A program made the position numbers and the translations under genes. From a virus (taxonomy: Duplodnaviria > Caudoviricetes), in IMG/VR virus record IMGVR_UViG_3300035498_000356, positions 91,355 to 155,354 of that record: a stretch of DNA of 64,000 nucleotides; one strand, written 5' to 3'. Shown here in pieces: positions 9,079 through 21,800 of the stretch; the first letter of the stretch is position 1, and every line of letters starts with the position of its first letter. Under the pieces are notes generated by a model that was given only the letters and a program-made list of their open reading frames with translations, was not told where the DNA came from and searched no databases.

Positions 9079-9530
9079 ATTATAAATGCACTAGTGATGT
9101 TGTAATTAAAGGTTATAGACTTACGGAAGGAGATAAAATTGTAATTAGTGATGATAGACAATTATATAATGCTACTACTTCTGTAGATCTTAGAAATGTA
9201 GATTATTCAGATGTGCTTCCGTATTTAAAAGAAGAAACTGCATATGTTGCTCCAGAATCTAAGCTTGACACTTTTGAAAAGATTACTAATGAAATGCATG
9301 AACTTTATTTAAAAAAGAATCACGATTATGGTAATAGTTTTTCAAAATCACTTGATGATTGGGGGTTGCAGGTTTCAGCAATTCGTTTAGAAGATAAAAT
9401 GAATAGACTCAAATCTTTAATTAAAAATGGTTCATTTAAAGTTAAAGATGAAACTATACGTGATACTCTAATTGATATGGCTAATTATAGTATAATGACT
9501 TTAATGTATTTAGATAATGGCAACATATAA
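9075..9530 (+). CDS. DUF1599 / nucleotide-modification-associated domain protein
   Basis: KKNHDYGNSF...IRLEDKMNRL...DETIRDTLIDMANYSIM. Confidence 0.85.
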   Translation: MNYKCTSDVVIKGYRLTEGDKIVISDDRQLYNATTSVDLRNVDYSDVLPYLKEETAYVAPESKLDTFEKITNEMHELYLKKNHDYGNSFSKSLDDWGLQVSAIRLEDKMNRLKSLIKNGSFKVKDETIRDTLIDMANYSIMTLMYLDNGNI

Positions 9531-9687
9531 AATGTGTAAAAAATGTAAGAAAGTTGTTGAAATGAAGATACAGATAACTTCTGAATTTGGATATGATACA
9601 ACTTATTATACTTGCCCAGAATGTGGAAATATTGAAAAATCTCAAATAAATAGAGTTCATTATGGAAATGATGAAATCAAAAAGTAA
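9517..9687 (+). CDS. small zinc-finger protein (56 aa), absent from ORF track
   Basis: MATYKMCKKCKK...YYTCPECGNIEK...; last gene before the terminator. Confidence 0.7.
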   Translation: MATYKMCKKCKKVVEMKIQITSEFGYDTTYYTCPECGNIEKSQINRVHYGNDEIKK

Positions 9688-9690
9688 ATA

Positions 9691-9738
9691 AAAATAGGCA
9701 ATAGCTCAGGATTTTCCTGGGTTATTGCCTATTTTTTT
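9691..9738. terminator. bidirectional intrinsic terminator between the convergent early and late arms
   Basis: AAAATAGGCAATAGCTCAGGA-TTT-TCCTGGGTTATTGCCTATTTTTTT: long stem flanked by A and T tracts. Confidence 0.9.
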
Positions 9739-9919
9739 AAATTATTTTATAGAAATCATTTCTATTTAATATATCTAAAGAAGACGCCTAACATCTAAAA
9801 TCTTTATTTATAAACTAAATATCATTAGTATTATAATCCCATTTAAAGTATCCCTCGAATTTAGGAAGAGATGCTATATAACCTTCTTTTAATATTGGTT
9901 TAATTTCATTATATGTCAT
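9737..9919 (-). CDS. hypothetical protein (60 aa, 2 in-frame TAG read as Gln)
   Basis: MTYNEIKPILKEGYIASLPKFEGYFKWDYNTNDI*FINKDFRC*ASSLDILNRNDFYKII, then TAA at the terminator. Confidence 0.65.
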
Positions 9920-12900
9920 TATTTGTTTTAGCTTTACTTGTTTGCCATTCACCACCTTCAGATCTACTTCTAAACATTTCTGGTTTAATAGTATCAAATA
10001 TAGGTTTAATCTAACGAGTAGCACCTGATATATTAACTAAGTAATCTTGAAAATCCTAATCTCCTGTGGCTAATCTACTTAAATTTTTAAGCTAACTTGA
10101 CATAAATGATAATGCAAAAGGAGTCCAATTTGTAAGAGGACTTCCCAATGAATCAAATATATTAAAATCTAGGAATGAATTTTGAACAGTCCATACTGCT
10201 ACATTTGCAGCTGCTAATGCACATCCAGTAGCTAAATCTGTATTTGATTTATTCTCTTTAAGTAAATCCTTCATCCATTTTGTCATAGCACCACTTATCA
10301 ATGTACCACCTACTAACCATAATGCTAAATCATATCCCATTTGTATGATATTACTTTTATAACATCTAGCCATATCAGGATCTTCTTGTAATAATTGATT
10401 ATAATTTCTAATTATATGTCTATCATTACATAATTTACTTAATGTTACCATAATACCTTCTTGCCATTGTCCTTTCCATTGAACAACAGGAGCTAATTGC
10501 TTTTCCGGAGGAAGCGATTCTTTATCAACTACTTTATCATAGTTAATAGTTCCATCTTCATTTAAATCATAATAGTATTCAATAACTTTAGGTTTTCCTG
10601 TATTTTCATCAATTACAGGTTTTCCTTCTTCATCTTTAACTATTTCTGTATAATTTTCCCATGAGCCACGCATACGCACACCGCCTGATTGAAGATACTA
10701 ATTCTTTTTACCAGACCAATATGTTTTAAATTGCAACCATAAACCACCAATCGCAGTAGCCTAAATTAATGATTTATTCTCTTCTGAATAATATCCATAA
10801 ATATCATCAGCTAATGATTTATATCCTTCTGCTTGTTTTGAAGTATATGCTCTGGGCAATGGAACAGGATTGTCATAATCTTCTACTACAAATTTAGAAC
10901 CATCTGGATTTGTAACACCTTCAGACATGAACTAATTAGCAACTACATAATACAAACTTTTTTGACGTTGCCATTCTTTATCGTTTTTATATCTTAAACC
11001 TTTAGGGTCTTCTGCAAATTTACTAAATCGCTAATCTTTAGTCCAATCATATTTTAGTTCACCATCAACTATCGAATGAGCTTCTAAACATCCATCAGCC
11101 ATCATCTAACACAAAAATATACTTAATCGGTTATAGTAGTCAGGTCTAGATGCAAATTTAAACATCATATTATTTAAATTGTATAAAGGGCCTTTTTTAT
11201 TCTTAGCAATAACATCGACATATTTATTTATATCCATATCATTCAATGCGTATAATTCATTTAGTTTAGAACATAGTGTTGGCTATCCACTAAAATTAAA
11301 TAAGTCTGATGCTAATATTGCCCATGCTGCTTTAAAATGATTAAACGTAAATGCTTCTCTACCCTCTGGGTTACGCAATGATAAACTAATATCTACCCAT
11401 AATCCTTGCAATGGCTGATAGAACATTTGCACAGGAGCAAATGCTAAAGTTATTTTAGAAGCTGCTGATTTAATGGAATTTAGTATTTTAGATACACCTT
11501 GTAATTCTGGAGATACAATTGATTCTTTTTTAATTTTAGATCTAATGTAATCTTCAAGATAACTTTTATCATTTTCAAATTTCTAACTCACATTAGCACC
11601 TTGAATACTTAGATGTGCAGCTGCTGCTTGAATAATTGGAAATATTTCATTAATGTTTTTAGTTTGAGAATAAGCAAATACATGTTTTAATAATAATGTT
11701 TCTGCATTTAATTCAAAATCTTCTGGCTAAACATTATTAAGTAAAGCATCTCTATTTTCTTCACCAGAATCAAATTCATTAGTCATTTTATAAATAAGAT
11801 TTCTTGATTCTCTTCTCTTTGCTTTTTCCTCTGCTATTCCAGATTCATTAAAAGCTCCTTTTAATTTTTCAAACCAATTTTTAGGATTAAGATTCTATAA
11901 TTTATCAGCAAACATTCCACTAAGTCCTCTTACAGATACTTCTGAATCTAAACTACCTTTAATATATGGGACTCTGTAATATTCAATATCGCCAGATTCT
12001 CTCATTGCCTATAAAGATACATCAGGTGTTGTTGGAAATCTATTTTTATTTATAACAGTAAGTATATGATCTAATAAGGGTCTATAAACCGCTGGAACCT
12101 AATCTAGTTTTTTAAATCTCCAGTCTTTTTTACCATTTAAATCATATGGTTCAAATAAAGGTTTATATATTTCAGCTTGATTAAATCCTAAATTTTCTTT
12201 TAAGTAATTAAATCCTATAGCTTGTTTTAAATCATTAACTAATTTATCAAGTTTTACTTTTTCTCTCTAAAGATCATCTCGAACATTTTGATATGCTTCT
12301 TTTACTAATGTTGTTATTGAATTAAGAGTATCTGAACTTAAGTTTCCTGGGTTATCTGTATAGTTACCAGATTGTCCCTCTTTGAATGTTTTAGATATAT
12401 TAGTAAACCATGAAGTACCATCACTAGTTTGCTATTTAAACTAGATTCCTTTTAAATCAGCTAATGTATATTCTGCTAAATTATATAATCTAATTTTTCT
12501 AGATTTAAGTTTTTCCAAATCATCGTATGTTTCATTAAGAGAATCACCATAATATAGTTTTTCACGCATATCATAGATTAAAGCAGAAACAGCTTTTATT
12601 TTACTAGACATATCACCCTATCTAGCACTATCAATCATATCTTTAGCATTACTCAAATTTTTAACCATAGTAATAAGTTCTATATCTTTCTAATCTTCTT
12701 CACTTTCACTTTTGGATCTTTCAATTTGAACTGAATTTTCATGCCAAATTTCTGCTAAATTCATTGAAAGTAAATCATATTGTGATGCTAATTTATATTT
12801 ACCAGAATTAAAATTATCAGTTTCAACTGGAACATAATTACATAATGCATTCCAATTCATTAACAGTTGTTCATTGCTTGCTGAAGATGAATCAGCTTCA

Positions 12901-14792
12901 TAAGGATTAATCACCATCATGTTTCCAATTACTGCATCCTAAAATCCTTCAGAAGCATTTATTGCAAGCATCATTTGCATTAATTCCAAATTACCTTTAG
13001 TACCACGTAAAGCTAATCTTTTGAAATGCTATTCAGCTTGTGCATCAGTTTCAAATGTTCCTAATAACGTATTTCTGCCTTTTAATTTAAGCTCTTCTTG
13101 TAAGTGATTAGTAGAAATACATATGAAATCAACTTGTTTAGTATTCTTATTGTATAGTGTAATTATTTCCATATCTTCAAGCCCAGAATTAGGAAGTACT
13201 TCCCATTCATGACTACAATATGGCTTTAACATATTTTGTAAGTAATTAGATGCTCCATCAACATTTTGAAATGACTATGGGAATTCTACTTGATTTGTTC
13301 CTAATGATATTGCTTTTTCTAATGCACCTTTAGTAGCTTCCATAACTCTATGGCGAGTAGGACCTAATTTTCTAAATTCTTCTAAAACTCCATTTATCAT
13401 TTCTTCTTCAGTATCACTAGTAAGAGTTATTAATTTACCTGTTGAGGATCTCATAGTAAATTGGAATTTACCATTTTCATTTCTCTTATCAAATACTTTT
13501 CTTCTATCAAGATAACGTTTTGTAGATGCTTCATCAGCAGCTCTATTTAAAGGAACTTCAGGTGCCCATTTAGATATATGACTAACAACCTCTTCATGAA
13601 TATTCCCAGTAGTAGGATGAAAATAATATTTAGAAGGCATATAATTTTCAACTTCTTCTAAAGCTTTTGCAGTAAGTTTGCTTTTACCAATGTCTTTAAC
13701 ACTATCAAATTTTACTCCTTCAAATGTATAATTATCTCCTTCTTTTTTGAAGTTTTCAATATGAATAGGCAATATGCTCATATTAGAATCTTGAATAGCT
13801 ACTCCTGCATTTTCAAGCATTTGGCTATAAGTTACCAACTAATAACTATATGCTTCCTTTTTAGTTAAATCAAAGTTTTCATACTTTTTAATTGAAGTCT
13901 TATAATCTATAATATGATATTTACCATTTTTATCAAGTACTAATAAGTCTATTTTACCGAACAATGTTTTCTTATTCATATCATCATCGAATGCTTGTCC
14001 TTTCATAACAAATTCAGGAAAGAACGCACACTTCTCACCACATTCACGAATTATAGCTTGATAAACATCATTAGCTGTCTATATTAGACTTTTTAAATTA
14101 GCATCAGGATTTCCACCTATATTTAAATAATCTAATAATTTTGCATCTTCAAGTGCCTTTCTAGCAACTTGTTCAAAATCAGTATTTAAACCTTGTAATA
14201 CATTATTAGAATCAGTAGTAAAGAAAACTTCAAGAACTTTATGGATAGCATCACCCATTCTGGCTTGATACTTCCATTTATGTTCCATCTATTTTCTCAT
14301 TTGTTTTAATTCAGTATCATCGCTTATTTTCTTTACTTTAGTTTTATCTCCATCAAAAAATACTTCAATTTCAGTATCATTAAATTCACCATTACGCCAA
14401 TCTTCATAACGACCTTCAAAGTAGTTATCAGAATCAAAATACGGATATAATAATTTCTATTTATTATCGTATTGATGTTTAGCTCCTAAGAACTTATTAA
14501 CACCAGTTGCATTTATAAGATCTTCTGCATCTTTAGTTAATTGCTCATCACCCTCTTCATCTCGGAATAGATAACGTTTCTTTTTCATTTCAACGTAATC
14601 ATTCCATAGCTATTTATTTTTTTCTTTTAATTCTTCAATTTTCTGCATTTCTTCAAAATGCCTATCCTTTATCTCAGAATCAAATACAATATCACCGTAT
14701 CTACTAAAATATTTATCTTTACTTAATAAGAAATTATCCAATTCTAATTCTGAATTGAACTTGTGATTTTTATAATAATATACACATCCCAT
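9909..14792 (-). CDS. large virion/cargo protein with PD-(D/E)XK nuclease domain (about 1627 aa, TAG=Gln)
   Basis: Six ORF-track fragments share one frame; GDAIHKVLE and LFGKIDLLVLDKNGKYHIIDYKTS (about 13895-13960); TAATG overlap with the upstream gene. Confidence 0.82.
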
Positions 14793-15859
14793 TACCTACA
14801 AATTTCAATTAATTCGTATGACTTCAATAAATCTTGTTTTCTATTAGCTAACTATCTATGAATAACGGAATCATTTGTATTAAATGTTCCTTTAAAAGTA
14901 TTTGTAAGACTAGGTGAATTAACTTCCTAAGCAACATCCTAATAAGTCATATTATATAATCTTCCATCAGAAATAGTATTAACACTATAGTCACCAAATA
15001 ATAATGTATCAAGAATCCGTTTTACATTATAATTAATTTCATATCTAGCTTGGTCTCCTAAAGTATCTAATCTAGATGGGATTCCAGCTAATTGTCTTGA
15101 TAATTCATGAACCATTATTTCTTCAAGTGCATCATTCTAAGTTTTATCGGGATGTTGTTCCTAAATTAATTGTTCAATATTAGGAATCTAAGCTGCCTTC
15201 TAAAGTAAAGAAGTATATAATTCAGGATTAGAAAATCTAATAGAGCCGACTAATAAATGAAGCATTTCATGAATTCTAGAACTAGGACTCATATTATCTG
15301 TATTTATGTATATAGAACCATCATAAATAAAAGCTTTTACTGTTTTATTAGAAGGTAATAATGATTTCCATTTCTCATCATGCTCTAATTCATAACTAGT
15401 TACTTCTTTAAAATCATATCCATATAATTCTCTTAATGTATTTAATCCATTAATTAAATGTTCACTAGTAATCTCTTCACTAGGTTCATAATACGTTTCT
15501 ATATTCTTAACTAATGAATCTGGCCTTTTATTTATTTTGAGCATAGATCTTTTTCCAAAATCTATAGCTTCTACTTGAACATCAGCATAATGACTATTTA
15601 GATTCTAAACAGCTTCTGTTACAGATTTAGTACCTGTAAATTTTAATAAATCTTCATTACTAACTCCGCCATGTTTATTTACTTTTAATACATCTTTTAA
15701 ATATGTAGTAGAATCACTTCCCGGAATTTCGTCTAATCTTGGTAATCTATTATGTTTATCCTAAAATACTATACAATGTGTGTCAAGAACTTTATCAGAT
15801 AAAGTAGAGGACCTTTTTAGGTCCCCGTACTCTACTGAATCTTTATTTATACATTTCAT
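14792..15859 (-). CDS. zincin-like metallopeptidase (355 aa, TAG=Gln)
   Basis: KAFIYDGSIYIN strand, HEMLH (HExxH) and downstream ALEEIMV; ATGA and TAATG overlaps at both ends. Confidence 0.8.
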
Positions 15860-18800
15860 ATTGGACATGATTTATCATCATTACTTTCAACATCTTCAAC
15901 TTTTAGCAACTCATAGTTAACTATTTCTTTGCCATCTTCCATTTTAATTGCTTTTTTCTCTTCAAGCTCAGTTCTAAGAAATAATCTTTCACTTCCGTCT
16001 TCTTTTGTATATGTTATAGTTGTTATCTTATCATTAGACCTTGTTACTCTAAAATCAGGAGGAGTTGGCTAATATGCTAACACAGGTTCACTACCTAGAA
16101 TATCACCAAATACATAATAATCTGGATCAGGAACACGTAATTTTTTATATCCGTATACTTGATATTTACGAGATTCAAATTCTTCTCCAATATCAGATTC
16201 ATCAATGTCTTCCTCTTCTTCTTCAAAGTCTTCAATATCCTCATAATCCTCATCCTAATTTCTCCTATTCTGAGCAGCTTCATATGCTTCACTTATCCAC
16301 ATTTCTTTTAATCCAGAATCTGGATTATATTTCCATATATAGGCAGCATTTGGATTTTTATATGCATTTTTTGCAGCTATGAAATAGTGCATATCAGCAT
16401 CGTCTGGATCTAATTCTAACAGATTTGCATCCTTATCATATTTACTAACAATGTTAAAATATTTAGAATACGATCTTGATGAATCTCCTCCATCCTTACT
16501 TGCATACTTAAATAGGTTCATAAATGACCTTTGTGAAGGTCTCCATTCTTGCGCATATAATGTATATAAGAACATTAAATCTCTGAAGTCGTGTCCTTGA
16601 TATTTCTCTCCTTCAAAATTATTAAAAGCATTAAGCACCTCATTAAATGCTATGTCTGCTTTTGTTCCCTTTTTAGGCATCATATTTATTGAAGGAGTAT
16701 ATACTAATTCTTCGTTTCCAGAAACCGTATTAGTTCTAGCACCAACAGAAATTGATCTAAAGAATTTATTTTTAGGATATTTCTTTTGATAATATGGAAT
16801 AACTTCATGCTCCATCCAATACTTAAATGAAGCTAATTCATCATTACTTCCTAAACCTAATGTCTATTCTGTTTTTGAATCCGTGTTTAAATAACCTCCA
16901 GAAAATACATCCTTAGTTTTAAAAGTAAATCCAGATTTAGAAATTTCTTTAAAATATTGTATTATCATTCTAGACTGAACATATCTACTCATTTGTTTGT
17001 AGACATCTTCCAGCTTAGCTAGACCGTACTTATTTTTTACACTATCTCCATATTGATATATAAACCTATATCTTAAACTATTATTTTTAAGATATAAGTG
17101 TGAAGAAGTTAATGACTAAACATATTTATTTATATCAGGCATTAACATTATTAAAGCAGGAAGATTGAAATTTACTTTTTCTTGTTCAAATGAATCAATT
17201 ATTTCCCATTTCTTTTCTTCACTTCCAAATACCAAATCTTCTATTCTAAACTTTAAGCTCTATTTATCATTTTCACTTAAAATAAGATTGTCTCCGTTGA
17301 GTAGTTTGTATCTTAATTTCTTTACATTCATAACACAATTCTCAACATCTTTAATCTTCTTTAAGAATTTTTCAAATGTATTAGGAATTCCTTGATTTAA
17401 ACTTACTATACTACCAATTTGCTGCATCGCAGATGAACCAATAGAAAGTATTTCAAGCATTCTAAAGTTATTAGCATTCTCACTATTTTCATTTCCTAAA
17501 TCCATTCTATGGAGCTAATCGTGATATTGTTTTACAAACTTCCAAGCTGATTGTAAATCATTATTACGCATATTTCCATCCTCGTTGACAAAGATTTTAT
17601 TTAAATCCGATGCACTTCTCGAATCGAACCATTGGAATTCCTTACTTGTTAAATCATTATAGCTTAGACCTTCTAGAGTTTGTTTTAAAGCAATGGCTAA
17701 ATCAGCATTAGTTACTTTACCAGTAAGAGACTAATTGTTCTTCATGCTTTCTATTATCATACCTATTCTATTTTTCTCTTTGCCATTATATTTTATCTAT
17801 TTATCAGGATATTGTCTTCCGTCATTCAATATATAAATAATAGCAGCCATTGGAGAATAAGCAGAAAAATTAACTCCCTTACCAACTGGAGGAACGAAAT
17901 TTTTATTTCCTTTATTGTACTTATACATTACGGAAATAGGTCCAAATCTGAAATAATCAAATATATTATTTATTGATATATCAGCTCTACCCTAGAAGAA
18001 GTCACCTTTCATTGCTTCTTTTAATACTTCTGTAGTTGAAGACATTAGAAGAGTTGATAGGTCTTTAATCTTCATTCCTATTGTAATACCATATAGATAT
18101 AAGCCAATAAGATCAATACCAGCATTGATTTTTTCAAGCACCAACTCTTTAGCATTATCCGCAGACAAACCGAGTAATGCACTTAATTCACCAGCAGCAT
18201 CATCTAGATTATTTTCGTCACAAGCTTTTTCTAGACGCTTTAATGCTTTTTCATTAACAATAGTTAAAGGGTTTACAGCTCTAATATTAGCTACTTGCGG
18301 TGCAAATGGTCCGCATGCATTAAGTATATCTTCAGGAATTTCAAGCAATTTCTAAAGTCTTGGATCTTTAGAATTAAGAATAGTATTGTAAAAATGAGTT
18401 AATTTAAAGTAAGTTTTAATAGTAGCAGCAGATTTGGCAATACAATCTTTACCAGTGTAATTACCAGCAATTATAGAACCAGGATTGAAAGAATTGCCAG
18501 TTCCATTAAATAATGCTTTAGCGGCTTTAGGAGATGCATTAGCAATAACTTTTACATTATCTGCTACAGTATCTACTGAAGACATTGCTTGTAATAAGTT
18601 AGCAGTATCAGTAATTATATTATACATAGCATACTAATTTGAATTATTAATAATCCTATGTAATTTAGAATTACTTACATATTTACTCTTTAAATATAGA
18701 TTATGATCATTAATTATCTTAAAAAACTAATCATAAATCGAATCCAACATGCCATTGCTAATTTTTGGATCTTCTTTTAGGTTTAGCTTTTTCTTCAGTA

Positions 18801-21800
18801 ATTTAGCAATTTTTTGTTTTACTTTATCTTTAATCTCATCATTAGGCAAATATACACTTTTTTCTTCTAATAATGATTTGATATTAGCTAAAGTTAAATT
18901 TGGATTATTACTGAATTTTGGAATCTTTGTAGCATGGTGTTTGAATTCTAATCCGCCTTTTTTATTTATTCTAAAGTTTAATAAATCAGAATATTTATCA
19001 AAGAAATCAACTACTGGAGTTATTTTACTAGAAAATATTACTTCCTAAGTTTTAGTAGCTGATGTTCTAGATAATTCTTGATTATTGGGTAATGGTAGAG
19101 TTTTAGATATATCTAATCCATTTCTATCATCCAATATAGCATAAGGAGACCATAGATCTAATTTACCTTGTCTATTAATATCAAATGTAAGCAAAGTAAC
19201 AGCATCAATATCGAAGTCAGAACCCTGCAAGAATATTTGTAAGTCAGAAACATAAGCTGTATTTAACTAACCATCAGTAAAGTCAGCAATTTGCATTGCC
19301 ATGAATGATTGCATATTCTGTGCAGGAATACGAGCAGCTATAATTTTACCATGTTCGATAAATGAATTATACATTTCCATTCCATCTATAAATAAAGGAT
19401 TACTTTCAACTTTATTTATAAATTCTTTTTCTTCATCTGTTAATTTCTCTCCTCTACTTGCTCTTTTCTTAATAGTCTTTAATCTATGTAAATCTACTCT
19501 ACGTATTGCAGGAATTTTATTATAAGCTTCTATATATTTCTAAACAGAATCTATTTCAACAGGATCTTCATCGGAATCATAATCTATCTTATTTAGATAT
19601 TTATCCATCTTCTCTTTCCATTTAGAATTGTCATAAGAATCAAATATCTATTCCTAAATTCCTTCCTATGAATTAAGAGTCTATTCTGAAATATTAAAAT
19701 GAGAGCCACCTAATGAATTTAAATAATAATCCAAGACATCTTGGTCAATAGACATGTTTCCATCTTCATCAGTCTTTGTGCCTAATACAATTACTTTAAC
19801 ACCTTTATCATTTTGATAAATTCTAGCTCCTGGCTTGATTTCATAAACAGGATTATCTTTATCATCAAGATAAAAAATTCTTCCCATTTCATCAATCATC
19901 TAATTAACGGAACTTGTTACATCATGTAGACCTGTTTTATTAAAACAATTGTCAATTGCAATATAATAATGATTTCCATTATTATTTTTAATTTCAATAT
20001 TAAATTGACTTGAATCAAGATTTGATCCAAATTTATTAATATTCTATTCTACAAAATAAGATTGATTATTTTTAATTTCGCCAAATGTTGCATTGTCTTT
20101 TAAATCATAAGTAGACTAAAATACTTTAGGCATTATAATTTCATAATCCTAATGTTTTATAGAACTTCTGTCGACAATAACATCATAAGCTTCACCATTT
20201 CCATCATTAATTCTTACTTTATACTAAGCTAATCTATTCCTTAGATTTTCAAACGCAGATATAATAAGTTCCTTACTGGTTATTTTAGTTGTATCTATAG
20301 GCATATCATATAGCAAAGCACAGAATTGGTTAAGTCTCTATTTAGCTAATTCGAGTTCTCCTTTTTTAAGATACCAATTAATTTCTTCACCTAATTCATC
20401 CCAATTCTTTTGAACATCAGATGAAGTTTTTGAAAGATTATATAAATCACGTTTCATCTAACGTTGATTTTCTCTATATCTTGCATTTAATTCATTTAGT
20501 CTCTATTCTAATTGTGCTACTTCCTATTGTAAAGCAGAAACATTTTCTCCAGGTTTTAATTTAGTATTATATTTTTGAACTAACTTTTCATTTGTATCTT
20601 CTATTTGTCCATTCAATTCCCAGCATGTTTGTACTGAATCTAAATCCCATAAGCAATACTTATCAGACTAATCTCCATTAGTGCCAATAAATCTTACATT
20701 ATAAGCACCTAAGTCACGACCATTCATAATATATTCAGTAATCTTTACACAATTCCCATCCTTAACTAATTGTCTTAGTTCTTTTAAACTAATTTCGTTA
20801 TTAGAATCAGTATGATATAATTTTACTGTATAATTATATACTTGCTATCCCGGTTGTAACATTCTGTATTCATCAAAAGCTTCAGAATACATTCTTTCAT
20901 CATATGCAGATCTATTTTGAATCAAATTACCAGATTCACTTATTTCTGCTGTATCAGATTCAATTCTAGTTTTAGGTCTATTCTTCTTAGTTTTTTCAAT
21001 AATAGCTAAATAAGTCAATCTCTATTTTAAATCATCACTTCTTTCACTATCATTATTTAATTCAGAAATAGCTTCTTCTAAAGAGAATGCTTCCCTATCT
21101 TCAAATCCAGTTTTTGCTTTTTGAACTCTATTAGTATCAAATAATTTATAGTTAGGAACATCATTTATTTGATCAATACTAAATTTATAAGTATCACCAT
21201 TATAAATAACTATAAATGACTAACCATTAAATGCGGTATCAACATTTTGATTAACTAATACTCTATATGTATACTCAGGATTTACATCAGCTACAAATCC
21301 TGTGCCAGAATCATAAATAGGATACGAATCATAATGGTTTCTTTGTGTATCAAGTAAATCTCTAAATGGATCTTGATATGCACTTAGTTTTCTATCTCCA
21401 TAAATTCTAGCTCTTTTATGAGAGGGAGTTAACACAGATAATGTGCCAGGCATTTTAAGTTTAATACCATTTTTAGTAATGTAATTAGCTAAAGCATTAA
21501 TAGCTCTATTAAATACACTATTATCACTTAAAGCTAACCCAGAAGCTTCTAAAAATGCATTTTTATCTTGAGTCCACTTAAATTCCTATAATATATTTTC
21601 AGCTATAAATGAACCAAAACTCTAAGTAGATGAATTAGCTAAACCTTTAATAATTATTTCATTACATATTTGTGTTAACTAATCTTTCTACTTTTGATTT
21701 ACATTAATATTGGCTGACTCAATTAAATCATTTAATGTAATTTCAGCAATAGCAGATACACCTTCATACAATGAATCAGCATCTTTAAATGAATAACCCA

